Counted from the stretch's first letter, positions 9,041-18,950 are shown. The stretch is DNA of 64,000 bases from an uncultured Gammaproteobacteria bacterium (GCA_964551605.1 CAZKCV010000001.1:136898-200897), one strand, 5' to 3'. The notes: generated by a model not told the origin, from the sequence alone. A program made the numbers and translations.

Positions 9041-10282
9041 TCAATGAGAATCCTTAGCTATCTCCAATAGCTGCTTAAAATCAACGAATTTAGTTTCCTT
9101 TTCTGACCTTTTCTTCACTTCCAGTTTTTCTCCTGTCTTCTTGGAAATCACAACTCTATAAGGTATTCCTATTAGATCAGCGTCTGCAAATTTGGCCCCG
9201 GCTGAAACACCAATCCGATCATCAAACAAAACTTCCACCCCTTCTGCCTGCATCAATTTATAAGCCTTATCCGCCATTTCCATTGCCTTTTTATCTTCCA
9301 GATCCAATCCCACTATATGGACTTGGAATGGAGCTATACTTCCGGGCCAAATAATTCCCCTCTCGTCATGCAAAACCTCTACAATTGCTCCCATTACCCT
9401 AGAGATGCCTAAACCATAACATCCGGCAGAAACAGTCTTTTTTTCTCCATCTTTATCTGTAAAACTTAAATCAAAAACTTCCGCATATGACCGCTTCAGT
9501 GGAAAAATATTTCCTACTTCAATCGCTTTTTCCTCTTTTAACTCCCCGCCGCATTCAGGACATTTTTTGTTTTCTGCAATTTCTTTATTGATAGCATCAC
9601 CGCATTTTTGACAAACATAAATCAAATCTTCACCGGAAGGAGTCAGGACTTGAAATTCTTCAGACAAATCAGAAAAAGTTCCGCCGGAAGCTTTTGTTAC
9701 CAATGCCGGTATTCCTAACTTTTCGAAAATTCTTAAGTACGACTCTCTTACCTTTTTGTAATACTCATTCCTCTCTTCATCATTAGCATGAAAAGCATAG
9801 AGATCTTTCATCAGAAATTCCCTGGTACGCAGCAAACCAGCCTTAGCCCGCGGCTCATTACGAAGTTTTGTCTGAATCTGATATAAATAAAACGGCAAAT
9901 CCTTGTATGACTTTATATACTCAGCCAGTAAGGGATAAATTATTTCTTCGTGGGTCGGCCCCAGTACCAAATCCTTATCTCCGGCTCCCTTTAATTTATA
10001 TAAAACATCAAAACTGTTGAACCTGCCGGTTTTCTTCCAGTTTTCACCGGGCTGAAGAACCGGCATGAACATTTCCTGTCCCCCAATTTTATCCATTTCA
10101 ACTCTGACAATATTGGAAATTTTATCCAGTACTTTCCAGCCAAGCGGGAGGTGTGTATAAACCCCAGCCATTTCCTGATGGATAAATCCGGCTCTAATCA
10201 AGAGTTGGTGGTTTATAGATTCAGCTCCAGTTGGAACTTGTTTTAAAGTTTTAGGAAACAGTCTTGAGTATTTCATGGTCAT
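9041..10282 (-). CDS. proS: Proline--tRNA ligase (short, no editing domain)
   Basis: LGPTHEE, RNEPRAKAGLLRTREFLMKD, GCYGLGISR; 413 aa. Confidence 0.97.
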   Translation of the reverse strand: MTMKYSRLFPKTLKQVPTGAESINHQLLIRAGFIHQEMAGVYTHLPLGWKVLDKISNIVRVEMDKIGGQEMFMPVLQPGENWKKTGRFNSFDVLYKLKGAGDKDLVLGPTHEEIIYPLLAEYIKSYKDLPFYLYQIQTKLRNEPRAKAGLLRTREFLMKDLYAFHANDEERNEYYKKVRESYLRIFEKLGIPALVTKASGGTFSDLSEEFQVLTPSGEDLIYVCQKCGDAINKEIAENKKCPECGGELKEEKAIEVGNIFPLKRSYAEVFDLSFTDKDGEKKTVSAGCYGLGISRVMGAIVEVLHDERGIIWPGSIAPFQVHIVGLDLEDKKAMEMADKAYKLMQAEGVEVLFDDRIGVSAGAKFADADLIGIPYRVVISKKTGEKLEVKKRSEKETKFVDFKQLLEIAKDSH

Positions 10283-10627
10283 TTAATATAGTTTAGCACT
10301 AAGTTGAACTTTTTGATCCGGCACCACCAAAATACATTGTCCTTTTGCATCTGAGATTCCAAGAGTCAAAAATTCAGAGGTAAATGGCCCTATTTGTTTT
10401 GGAGGCATATTGATAAGACCTAAAATCAGTTTATCCTGCAAATCTTCTTTTTTATAAAGATGGGTCGCGCCAACTGCTGAGTTTTTTATTCCAACTTCTT
10501 CTCCAAAATCAACCGTAATTTTATAAAGCGGTTTTCTAGCTTCCGGAAAATCTTCGACTTTGATAACCTTTCCCACTCTGATATCCACCTTATCAAAATC
10601 CTCATAACTTATTTGCGGTTTTACCAT
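10283..10627 (-). CDS. CsaA/Trbp111-like tRNA-binding protein
   Basis: DFDKVDIRVG, FPEARKP, NMPPKQIGPFTSEFLTLG. Confidence 0.9.
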   Translation of the reverse strand: MVKPQISYEDFDKVDIRVGKVIKVEDFPEARKPLYKITVDFGEEVGIKNSAVGATHLYKKEDLQDKLILGLINMPPKQIGPFTSEFLTLGISDAKGQCILVVPDQKVQLSAKLY

Positions 10628-10660
10628 TAAAAGATTATATCATCCTTTGTTCCACTTTCC

Positions 10661-10695
10661 GGTTACATTGAGTCGCTATAGCGACTGATGTAACC
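10661..10695. repeat. GGTTACA...CGCTATAGCG...TGTAACC hairpin (possible terminator; related copy inside fmt)
   Basis: Near-perfect inverted repeat; similar to 40768..40803. Confidence 0.7.
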
Positions 10696-10720
10696 ATTCA
10701 TTCACTCTATATGGGATCAC

Positions 10721-11389
10721 TCAACGGCTAACCTGCAGCAACGGTAAAACTTGTGTATATTCCGGCAATACTGTTATATCTACAGATTGTTCAAAGAGTG
10801 CATTATTATTGGCTTTATCTTTTACTCGCATTGTGACATGCTCTTTCCCTACTCCCCGTACGGCTTCTATCCTTGTAATAGAATTCTCTTCGATCAAACC
10901 CACTCCCCGAAGGCCTAATGCTGCCGTGCCAACTGGAACACTGACATCCAGGGGAGCTTTAATGGTGCAATCTATATTTGGGGGCAGAGTGCAAGCCTTC
11001 GCCTCCACTCCTGTGGTCTGCACTATGGTTTCCACAATAAGCTCAGCAGGGTAACTTTCTTCCTTATTTACCACGTAGATCCTAACTGCTGGTGTAACCT
11101 GATCACCCAAATTAACCTTAGCATCCTCAAGCGGTAACTCATCTAAAAGATTTTCAGGTCTATTCGGGAAACTACCTAAAAGGTAAAGTCGGATATCCAA
11201 ATTAGAGTTAATTGTGCTTATTTCTTGGGATGGCATGAAGCCGGGTACAACCACTGTACGATCAGATGCTGACTGCCCGACTGCTTCTACTAAAACACTA
11301 TTCACAGGTATTGAATGCGAAATAATAATTGCCGCTGCACTCATTACCATTTTTTCTGCCAAATTAAAAAACTTTCTTTCAATCATCAA
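10721..11389 (-). CDS. Hypothetical protein
   Basis: 222-aa ORF co-oriented with neighbours; no recognised motif. Confidence 0.65.
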   Translation of the reverse strand: MMIERKFFNLAEKMVMSAAAIIISHSIPVNSVLVEAVGQSASDRTVVVPGFMPSQEISTINSNLDIRLYLLGSFPNRPENLLDELPLEDAKVNLGDQVTPAVRIYVVNKEESYPAELIVETIVQTTGVEAKACTLPPNIDCTIKAPLDVSVPVGTAALGLRGVGLIEENSITRIEAVRGVGKEHVTMRVKDKANNNALFEQSVDITVLPEYTQVLPLLQVSR

Positions 11390-11395
11390 AATCCC

Positions 11396-12499
11396 CTATG
11401 GTAAAAGCTTGCGGATGTCGGAGAAGGTAATAAGAAGGGCAAGAGCCAAAAGAATGATAAAACCTACCTGGTGGACCATTTTTTCAATATCACCTCTCAC
11501 TTTTCCACCGCTTACTGCTTCAATTACCAGGAACAATAACCTACCGCCATCCAAAGCCGGTACAGGCAAGACATTAAAAATGGCTAAAGTTAAAGAAATA
11601 ACCCCCACCAGCCACAAAAATGTTAAGGCAGCAGCCCAGCCGGCAGATAAAATCGTACCGGTAACTACAGCTAACCCTACCGGGCCGGCTACTGATTGTG
11701 AAGCTTTTCCAAAATCTCCGGTAATTAGGTCTTGAAATAAATTGCCTAGACCCGCAAAAGTTACTTTGGTTAAATCCCAAGAATAAGTAATTCCGGAAAA
11801 TATTTTTTCTGCAGGGGTTTTATATTCCCTGAATGGAATCGGGCTGAAAATAACTCCGATTAATGCATCTTCACCAGGACCCTTTTTAGGAGTTACTCTC
11901 ACTGTCCTTAATCTGTTCCCGTCAGCATCTGATAGTTGTAAACTCAAGGGCTGCTCGCCTTTTGACCTAATCAGCTGTCTGGCGTTGTCAATATTCTCGA
12001 CTTTTTGGTTATCAATGGAAATCAGTTTATCTCCAACCTGTATTCCAGCCTTCTCTGCCGGGAAGTTTTGTTCCAGTTTGGCAATATAAACGGCCGGCTC
12101 CAGCGTCGGATAAATAACCCTGAAATTTTGTGAAGCTATAACAGTATAAAAGAGCACCCAAGCCAACACTAAATTCATAACTACTCCGGCTACCACTACT
12201 ATAATTCTTTTACTCACCGGCTTAGTCCTAAAATCCCTGCTGTTCTCCGAACCTTTTCTCTTAATTGCCAAATCACCCTGTTCATCTTCTCCCAACAATC
12301 GGACAAAACCTCCGAAAGGCAACCAATTAAGAGAATAAATTGTTTCCCCGATTTTCTTTCCCCAGATTCGGGGCGGAATACCAAAGCCAAATTCTTCGAC
12401 TTTAATGCCGAAACGCTTGGCCATGATAAAATGCCCGAATTCGTGGATCAGGACTAAAACTAAAAGGGTAATGATGAAAATAATAATAGAAAATATCAT
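11396..12499 (-). CDS. rseP: RIP metalloprotease RseP (M50, PDZ)
   Basis: HEFGH, PDZ domain, NVLPVPALDGG; downstream of frr. Confidence 0.95.
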   Translation of the reverse strand: MIFSIIIFIITLLVLVLIHEFGHFIMAKRFGIKVEEFGFGIPPRIWGKKIGETIYSLNWLPFGGFVRLLGEDEQGDLAIKRKGSENSRDFRTKPVSKRIIVVVAGVVMNLVLAWVLFYTVIASQNFRVIYPTLEPAVYIAKLEQNFPAEKAGIQVGDKLISIDNQKVENIDNARQLIRSKGEQPLSLQLSDADGNRLRTVRVTPKKGPGEDALIGVIFSPIPFREYKTPAEKIFSGITYSWDLTKVTFAGLGNLFQDLITGDFGKASQSVAGPVGLAVVTGTILSAGWAAALTFLWLVGVISLTLAIFNVLPVPALDGGRLLFLVIEAVSGGKVRGDIEKMVHQVGFIILLALALLITFSDIRKLLP

Positions 12500-12501
12500 A
12501 A

Positions 12502-12604
12502 TAGTCGTCAGCCATCAGCTGTCAGTCATAAGCTAAGCTTGCGAGCTTCGCTCTTCAGACAAATCAGAAAAGTCTGAAAGCTGAAGACTGAGGACTGAAG
12601 GCTA
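12502..12604. repeat. Inverted heptamer array with nested TAAGCWAAGCTTG-hairpin element
   Basis: TAGTCGT CAGCCAT CAGCTGT CAGTCAT ... GCTGAAG ACTGAGG ACTGAAG; fills the frr-rseP spacer. Confidence 0.8.
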
Positions 12605-13156
12605 TATCTGTATCAGTTCTTCTTCCTTGGCTTTACCTAATTGTTCAATTTCAGCCACCTTTTTATCTATCAGCTCCTGCAGAATTTTTTCCCTTCGGAA
12701 AAATTCATCCTCACCGAATTCCCCATCTTCGGAGGCTTTTTTCCAGCCATTTCTAAAATCCTGCCTGATTTGTCTGATCACCACATGAGCTTCTTCCTGT
12801 TTATGATGTAACAATTTTCTAAACTCTTCCCTTCTTTCCGCTGTTAAGGGAGGAATCGGTAAACGGATTAAGGTGCCTTCATTAGAAGGATTCAAACCCA
12901 AGTTTGCTTCCTGAATGGACTTGATCACCTTATCTAAAATTGAAGCATCCCAAACCTGCACTGTTAAAAGCGAAGGTTGGGGAGCAGAAATATTTCCCAC
13001 CTCATTAAGCTTCATATGGGATCCATATGCTTCCACCGGAATATTTTCTATTAAAGCGGGATTAGCCCGGCCGGCCCTGATTCCGGCAATTTCCGCCTTA
13101 AAATGGTGCAGTGCAGCATCAATCTTGTTGTTTGGTTCTGTTAATACAGGATCCAT
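12602..13156 (-). CDS. frr: Ribosome recycling factor
   Basis: IRAGRANP, LGLNP, IPPLTAERR. Confidence 0.97.
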   Translation of the reverse strand: MDPVLTEPNNKIDAALHHFKAEIAGIRAGRANPALIENIPVEAYGSHMKLNEVGNISAPQPSLLTVQVWDASILDKVIKSIQEANLGLNPSNEGTLIRLPIPPLTAERREEFRKLLHHKQEEAHVVIRQIRQDFRNGWKKASEDGEFGEDEFFRREKILQELIDKKVAEIEQLGKAKEEELIQI

Positions 13157-13611
13157 TATTCTCCAAGAGCTATTCTTTCAAACCGACCAATCTGAATATT
13201 TTCTCCCACTTTACCAACTACTCCTTTTATCAACAAATCTACAGTCAAAGAGTTGTCTCTTATATATTCCTGTGACAGAAGGTCTTCAACGCTGGAGGGG
13301 TTCATTGAGGCAATCTGCAAAGTAAGCTCATGGGCTAAATTTTTGAAATCTTCGGTCCTGGCTACAAAGTCCGTCTCACACAAAAGCTCTACCAAAACTC
13401 CCACTTTACCGGCATGGGAGTATGTTTCCACTATTCCGGCCTTCACTTCCCTTTCCGCCTTAGAAGAAGCTTTATCCAGCCCTTTTTTCTTTAGCCACAC
13501 TTTAGCCTTTACCATATCCCCGTCAGACTCTTTTAAGGCCTCCCTGCAGTCAGCAATTCCTGCCCCAGTTTGCTCTCGGAGTAATTTGATATCTTCAATC
13601 TTTATGTCCAT
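13156..13611 (-). CDS. tsf: Elongation factor Ts (short form)
   Basis: LREQTGAGIADC and ELLCETDFVA; 151 aa. Confidence 0.96.
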   Translation of the reverse strand: MDIKIEDIKLLREQTGAGIADCREALKESDGDMVKAKVWLKKKGLDKASSKAEREVKAGIVETYSHAGKVGVLVELLCETDFVARTEDFKNLAHELTLQIASMNPSSVEDLLSQEYIRDNSLTVDLLIKGVVGKVGENIQIGRFERIALGE

Positions 13612-13640
13612 AAAGCTTTATATAAATCCTAATGAATTTT

Positions 13641-14465
13641 CTAAACAACTCTCTCTGACTCTTTTACTGTTTCCTTCTCTACCATCTCCTCTGCAGCTGC
13701 TACTTCTTCTTTTAATTCCTCCGGTAGCATATCTTCCTTTTTAGCTGCTGCTTTTTCTGCCTTTTCAGCTTCCTTACCAGCTTCCTTCTTCCCTTCGCCA
13801 TAAGCCGAAGCCACAGCCCCCACTAAAACTTTAATAGATTTTATGGCATCATCATTGCCGGGAATTGGGTAATTTATTTCCGTTGGGTCGGAGTTTGAAT
13901 CCGCGATAGCCACAACTTTAATCTTAAGCCGGTTCGCCTCCCTGATTGCAATGTTGTCTGAAACTGCATCCACCACAAACAAGGCATCAGGAAGTTTCCC
14001 TAAATCCATTACTCCGGCAAAGTCTCTTTGCAGTTTGCTCATTTTCCTCTCCAGGAGCAAATTTTCTTTTTTAGTATATTTGGATAGCTCTCCTTTTTCT
14101 TTTTGATCCAGGTACTCCTTGAGGATTTTAATATTTTTCTGCATCTGCTCAAAATTCGTTAAAAATCCGCCCATCCAGCGTGCTACTAAAAACGGGGCTT
14201 TAAGCTCTTTACAAATTTCCTCAATGATAGGCTTAGCTTGTTTTTTGGTTCCCACAAAAAGCAGGACTTTACCGGATTTTCCCATTTCATAAACAAACTC
14301 ACAAGCTTCTTTTAAGTATTTTTCAGATTGGGTTAAGTCAATAACATGAACACCTTCACGGGCGCCATAAATATAAGGCTTCATCCGGGGATGACCGCGC
14401 CTGACCTGGTGCCCAAAATGGACTCCAGCTTCTAATAATTCCTGTAAACTAGGTAATTTGTACAT
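13641..14465 (-). CDS. rpsB: 30S ribosomal protein S2
   Basis: LLEAGVHFGH, RWMGGFLTN, PGNDD; start placed at MYKLP (14465). Confidence 0.97.
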   Translation of the reverse strand: MYKLPSLQELLEAGVHFGHQVRRGHPRMKPYIYGAREGVHVIDLTQSEKYLKEACEFVYEMGKSGKVLLFVGTKKQAKPIIEEICKELKAPFLVARWMGGFLTNFEQMQKNIKILKEYLDQKEKGELSKYTKKENLLLERKMSKLQRDFAGVMDLGKLPDALFVVDAVSDNIAIREANRLKIKVVAIADSNSDPTEINYPIPGNDDAIKSIKVLVGAVASAYGEGKKEAGKEAEKAEKAAAKKEDMLPEELKEEVAAAEEMVEKETVKESERVV

Positions 14466-14510
14466 GTTTTCCTTGTTCCTCTCTACCAGCAGTATAGTTT
14501 CAGGAAAACC

Positions 14511-14538
14511 TAAGCAAAGCTTGCGAGCTTCGCTCTTA
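14511..14538. repeat. TAAGCAAAGCTTG + GAGCTTCGCTC hairpin element
   Basis: Nearly identical to 12529..12555; same 13-mer occurs twice in pyrF. Confidence 0.7.
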
Positions 14539-14600
14539 AACTGATAGATGTTTAATGCTGATATTTTATCAGGAACAAACGTATAAAGCAATACCTACTA

Positions 14601-15104
14601 CTATCTTTCCAATTCCAGAAACCTGTACTTAAACCCGTCTGATTCCTGTTCTTCTGACTGCCAGACTACTTTTTTAAAATCAGAGTAGTCAGGAAAAAAG
14701 GTATCTCCTTCTATTTCCTGATCAATTACTGTCAGATACAGTTTATCTGCTAAAGGCAAGGCCTGTTTGTAGATTTCACCACCACCGATTACAAATACTT
14801 CTTCGCTGCCAGGTTGATTCTTTGCCATCTCCAGCGCCTCCTCCAAAGAATGAGCAACTATTATACCCTCTGTCTGATAAGATGGATCCCGACTGATCAC
14901 AATATTTGTTCTACCAGGTAACACCCTTCCGATCGATTCATGGGTTCTTCTCCCCATTATAATCGGATGTCCCATGGTAATTTCTCTAAACCTTTTCAGC
15001 TCTTCCGGAATATTCCAGGGCATGCCGCCCGCTCTGCCGATTACCCGTTTGCTTCCGGCTACAGCTACGATAATACTAATTTTGGGCTTTTCCATAATAT
15101 CCAC
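14601..15104 (-). CDS. folA: Dihydrofolate reductase
   Basis: VIG..GGMPW, IMGRRT, LPGRTNIV, VIGGGEIY, GDTFFP. Confidence 0.97.
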   Translation of the reverse strand: MDIMEKPKISIIVAVAGSKRVIGRAGGMPWNIPEELKRFREITMGHPIIMGRRTHESIGRVLPGRTNIVISRDPSYQTEGIIVAHSLEEALEMAKNQPGSEEVFVIGGGEIYKQALPLADKLYLTVIDQEIEGDTFFPDYSDFKKVVWQSEEQESDGFKYRFLELER

Positions 15105-16068
15105 CTGCCACAGTTAACTCTGCTTTAATTACCGGATGCGGATTGTAGTTTTCTAAAGTCACCAGTTCCGGCTTAAAATCATCAATCGTTTTTAAGCTTT
15201 TATCTATTTTTACAGTTGGGAAAGGCTTTGGTTTTCTTCTAATCTGTTCTTTAACCTGAGCTATATGGTTTTCATAAATATGAACATCACCAAAGGTATG
15301 AATAAATTCCCCCGGTTCATAGCCGGTGATCTTAGCCAAAACCACAGTTAATAAAGCGTAACTGGCAATATTAAAAGGCACCCCCAAGAAAACATCACAA
15401 CTTCTGTGATAAAGCTGCAGCGACAGCTTTCCTCCTCTTTGATTAACCTGAAACATATTGTGGCAAATCGGGAAATGGGAAGTATCTTCATAGGTGGCCA
15501 TTGAATAAAGGTATTCCGGATTCCAGGAGGTGACAATTAAATTCTTGGCATCCGGATCTTCTTTTAGCTCCCGGACTATCCATTTTAACTGGTCAATAGT
15601 CCGGGAGCTTCTGGTGGGCCATTTCCTCCACATCTCTCCGTAAATCCTCGGCAACTCCCCCCATTTTTTTGCAAATTTCTCATTCGTCCTGATTTTTTCT
15701 ATAAACTCTTCTTTAGATAAGAGTCTAGTATTTGTTTTCCTTAACTCTAGATTCTTGACTCTTGACTCTTCTTTAAGCTTATACATCTTATACGGATAAT
15801 CATCCCAGATATGAACATTGCGGTCTACCAGATACTTAATATTAGTTTGTCCGGAAAAGAACCAATACAACTCTTCCAAAACTCCTTTCCAGTAAACTTT
15901 TTTGGTAGTTAAAAGCGGAAAACCTTTAGAAAGATCAAATCGGATTTGGCGGCCGAAAACACTATACAGCGCCACATCAGTCCCCCGGTCAATTTTTTTA
16001 ACGCCATTTTTAAGAATGTCTTTTAGTAAATCCAGATATTGATATTCTTGATGCCTTACCCTTGCCAT
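15076..16068 (-). CDS. thyA: Thymidylate synthase
   Basis: DRGT, FPLLTTKK, PICH, RSCDVFLGVPFN, GDVHIYENH. Confidence 0.97.
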   Translation of the reverse strand: MARVRHQEYQYLDLLKDILKNGVKKIDRGTDVALYSVFGRQIRFDLSKGFPLLTTKKVYWKGVLEELYWFFSGQTNIKYLVDRNVHIWDDYPYKMYKLKEESRVKNLELRKTNTRLLSKEEFIEKIRTNEKFAKKWGELPRIYGEMWRKWPTRSSRTIDQLKWIVRELKEDPDAKNLIVTSWNPEYLYSMATYEDTSHFPICHNMFQVNQRGGKLSLQLYHRSCDVFLGVPFNIASYALLTVVLAKITGYEPGEFIHTFGDVHIYENHIAQVKEQIRRKPKPFPTVKIDKSLKTIDDFKPELVTLENYNPHPVIKAELTVAGGYYGKAQN

Positions 16069-16085
16069 AAGTTCCTATTCTAACA

Positions 16086-16229
16086 GAACAGCGAAGTTTA
16101 GGTCAGTCAAAAAATGTTGAGGATTTTGTGCTGACTATCTCGATGACTTACCTTTGGTATCCACAAAATTCTCACAAGCGAGCAAGTCTCTACCGTGCGA
16201 ACGCTTTTTTGCGACCAAACGAGCTGTTC
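16086..16229. repeat. Long imperfect hairpin filling the spacer upstream of thyA
   Basis: Nested pairs GAACAGC/GCTGTTC, GGTC/GACC, CAAAAAA/TTTTTTG and GAGGATTTTGTG/CACAAAATTCTC. Confidence 0.7.
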
Positions 16230-16230
16230 A

Positions 16231-16800
16231 TTATACTTGTCTCTCCTCCTTTTTCGGGCTGACCCTGCCGCCCTGGTGCTGACCCCGGTAGGAGACAGTT
16301 TTACCTTTTATTTTATGAAAAATAATATTACAAATCCTGGCTCCCAGCTGCAGTTTAACCGGAAAAGGGCTTAAGTTAGTTAAACCCATGGTCAGCTGTC
16401 CGCTGTAACCGGGATCGGTTTTTGAATTTAAAAGCAACAGTCCGGCCCGGAAAAGCGAAGTCCTGGTGTGCACTATCGGCATTAAATCCAAAGGCGTGTT
16501 GATTATTTCTACAGTCTGAGCTAAATAATATTCTCCGGGTTTTATTACAATCCAGGGTTGCTCTTCTTTTTCCTGCTGAAATTTAGCTACCTCTTTTGTC
16601 TTAACTCCCTTTCTACTGCCTAGTGCCTGTTGCCTGTCGCCTTCAATAAATGCTCCTCCTTTTATGATCTTATGAACAGCTCCTAAACGAAGGTCAATCC
16701 CCACCCCTTCCGGATTTTTCAAATCCCGGTGGCCCAAATTCTTAATTAGGGAATGTTTTTTTATTCTTTTGTGAATTTCATCTAACCCGAGTACGGACAT
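16231..16800 (-). CDS. Trimeric dUTPase/dCTP deaminase family protein
   Basis: GIDLRL, RTSLFRAG, DPGYSG, YRGQHQG. Confidence 0.85.
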   Translation of the reverse strand: MSVLGLDEIHKRIKKHSLIKNLGHRDLKNPEGVGIDLRLGAVHKIIKGGAFIEGDRQQALGSRKGVKTKEVAKFQQEKEEQPWIVIKPGEYYLAQTVEIINTPLDLMPIVHTRTSLFRAGLLLLNSKTDPGYSGQLTMGLTNLSPFPVKLQLGARICNIIFHKIKGKTVSYRGQHQGGRVSPKKEERQV

Positions 16801-17425
16801 TTTTTCTCCCCATGATATTTGATACTTCCGGCATCTTACTTCCCCCGTATCTGTTATTAGGACTCTTTTTGTAAGATCTTTCTACCGGAGCTGCCAGCTT
16901 TTCAAAAGAAAAGGCACAGATCGGACTGCCTTCATAAATTACTAACTTCTTGCCTTTTAAGAAAGTACCGAATTCCAAAACCGGATGACCATCCCAGCCC
17001 GGATCAAACCTGGCAGCAGTTGAATGCACAACTACCCCTAATCTAGCCAGGGAACTTTTTCCATGCAGGTGTCCGACAATATTATCCGGTAAAGTTAACC
17101 TTTCATAAGTCGTGGCAATTACAAAATCATGCTCTGTCAGAATAAAGGGTTGGCCTGGTTTTAACTCCACTAACCTCATCATAGATTCCATATCTTCTTT
17201 GGTAGCATACCTGGTATCGATAGTATTTAACCCTTCATCAGTAAAAACCCGCAGTTTATTACCAAGGTGGAAATCCACTGTCACCTCATCTACGCAATCT
17301 TCCCAGTCTTTTGGTAGCGGGTCTATTTTAATAATTCCCTTTTTTATATGTTCCCTTAAAGCCCAGTCAGGAAGGGTGCCTAAAATATCCAAATCCGCAG
17401 ATCTTTTAGAAGTTTTCTTTGGCAT
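16778..17425 (-). CDS. dcd: dCTP deaminase
   Basis: GKSSLARLG..VH.TA..FDPGWDG..VLE. Confidence 0.9.
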   Translation of the reverse strand: MPKKTSKRSADLDILGTLPDWALREHIKKGIIKIDPLPKDWEDCVDEVTVDFHLGNKLRVFTDEGLNTIDTRYATKEDMESMMRLVELKPGQPFILTEHDFVIATTYERLTLPDNIVGHLHGKSSLARLGVVVHSTAARFDPGWDGHPVLEFGTFLKGKKLVIYEGSPICAFSFEKLAAPVERSYKKSPNNRYGGSKMPEVSNIMGRKNVRTRVR

Positions 17426-17458
17426 AAGCTAAGATCCTAATGAAATTAGACCCTTTTT

Positions 17459-17932
17459 TCAAGTGGGAAGATTTGAAGGATTCATTACCGCACCCATTGT
17501 AGTTCCATACGCAGATAGCTGCTCCGGGGTAGGAGGACCATTATTTTCCCAAGAGATGCCTCGACCGCCACGTAAACTGTAAATATTGGCAACAATCCCA
17601 TCTTTTCCTGGATCTAATCTGAGATATCGACTGCTCTGCTCTCCTATAAAAATCAACATTCGTGATTCCGACAGTGGTCTGCGGCCAATCGCAACAACAA
17701 AAACGTCCTTTAACTCTTTACTCCGGGCTTGAGTTCTTTCCCATAACGAAAGGTGGTTTTCATCGATCAATTTAGCAATGAGATCCCAAACTAACGGTTT
17801 AATACCCAGAGTCAAAATACTAACACGTATTCTTTCCCTCCGCCCCCACTTCGGCACTCCTATTTCTACCCCCGCCAATAACTTAGCGCTATCACTATGT
17901 AAACTACGTAGTATCTCTGTTTCTGCAATCAT
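17459..17932 (-). CDS. Hypothetical protein
   Basis: 157-aa ORF between tmk and dcd. Confidence 0.55.
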   Translation of the reverse strand: MIAETEILRSLHSDSAKLLAGVEIGVPKWGRRERIRVSILTLGIKPLVWDLIAKLIDENHLSLWERTQARSKELKDVFVVAIGRRPLSESRMLIFIGEQSSRYLRLDPGKDGIVANIYSLRGGRGISWENNGPPTPEQLSAYGTTMGAVMNPSNLPT

Positions 17933-17980
17933 TTATGAAAAAAATACTATAAGTTTAACTGTTTGTCAAGTGGAGAGATT

Positions 17981-18631
17981 TTATTTTATCTCTTCCAATA
18001 TAGACAGTAATTCTTGCTGAATTTCTTCGGGAGACTTCATTTCCCCTTCTTTCATACAATCAACAACATGCCAATTTGTTTCTTTTTTAGATAATTCTAA
18101 ATAGATTTTATTTGCCTCTTCCAGGTGCTTGATGCTTTCTTCATGAAGATCAGATAATCTGCTGGCAACATTTTTTTGTCCGGTCTTAGGAGCAACCTTT
18201 AAAAGAATCGTTAAGTCTTCTCTTGGCATCCGGTTGGTTTGGTATTCCAATGTGTCTAACCAGGAAATAAATTCTTCCCTTTGATTCCCGGCCAGAATGG
18301 CCCCCATGTGAGCTTTATTGGCAGAAACATACCTGTTAGCCAAAACTATATTTCCTTCATTTAGCCATTTTTCAATCTCAGGTTTTGCCAAAAGCCGGTC
18401 CCCGGCAAAGGCTAAAGAGATAAGGTAGGGATTTACTTCCTTAAGGGAACCAAATTCACCTTCCAGGTATCTTGTCACTAAATCCGCATAAATATTATCT
18501 CCGTATCTGGGAAAACTGACAGCCTCCCAGGCGACGCCTTGCGAGGCTAAATATTCTTTTAACAACTCAACCTGGGTACTCTTGCCTGATCCGTCAATCC
18601 CCTCCAATACAACTAAGGATCCTTTTTTCAT
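17981..18631 (-). CDS. tmk: Thymidylate kinase
   Basis: VLEGIDGSGKSTQ, SFPRY, NRY. Confidence 0.93.
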   Translation of the reverse strand: MKKGSLVVLEGIDGSGKSTQVELLKEYLASQGVAWEAVSFPRYGDNIYADLVTRYLEGEFGSLKEVNPYLISLAFAGDRLLAKPEIEKWLNEGNIVLANRYVSANKAHMGAILAGNQREEFISWLDTLEYQTNRMPREDLTILLKVAPKTGQKNVASRLSDLHEESIKHLEEANKIYLELSKKETNWHVVDCMKEGEMKSPEEIQQELLSILEEIK

Positions 18632-18647
18632 CTGAGGCGGGTATAAA

Positions 18648-18911
18648 TTATGAGTAAGGAGAAAAACCCTCTGCTGTTATATCTCCTCTGACACCATTTT
18701 GGGTTCCTATCATACACAAATCTCTCTTCATGTATTCACTCCGCTCGTCCAAATTCACTGGACAGCTATCCTTTTTGTCACAAGGCAGGCAAAATTGCTC
18801 AAGTCGTTTTTCTAATTTATTTCCGGGTAGCCCAATTGACCTGGCAAATCTGCCTCCTCCTGAAACCAAAACTCCTCCAACTAATCTGCTGTCCCGCTCT
18901 TGTGTTGGCAT
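18648..18911 (-). CDS. Hypothetical small Cys-containing protein
   Basis: 87 aa with CxxC..C..C; own TTGACA/TATAAT promoter immediately upstream. Confidence 0.6.
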   Translation of the reverse strand: MPTQERDSRLVGGVLVSGGGRFARSIGLPGNKLEKRLEQFCLPCDKKDSCPVNLDERSEYMKRDLCMIGTQNGVRGDITAEGFSPYS

Positions 18912-18950
18912 AGTGAGATTATACTATCAGACACCTTTATTTGTCAAAAA

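Noticed and set aside
14466-14591. 42-aa N-terminal extension of S2 in the ORF track
   Set aside because: It runs through the promoter and a repeat; S2 similarity starts at MYKLP.
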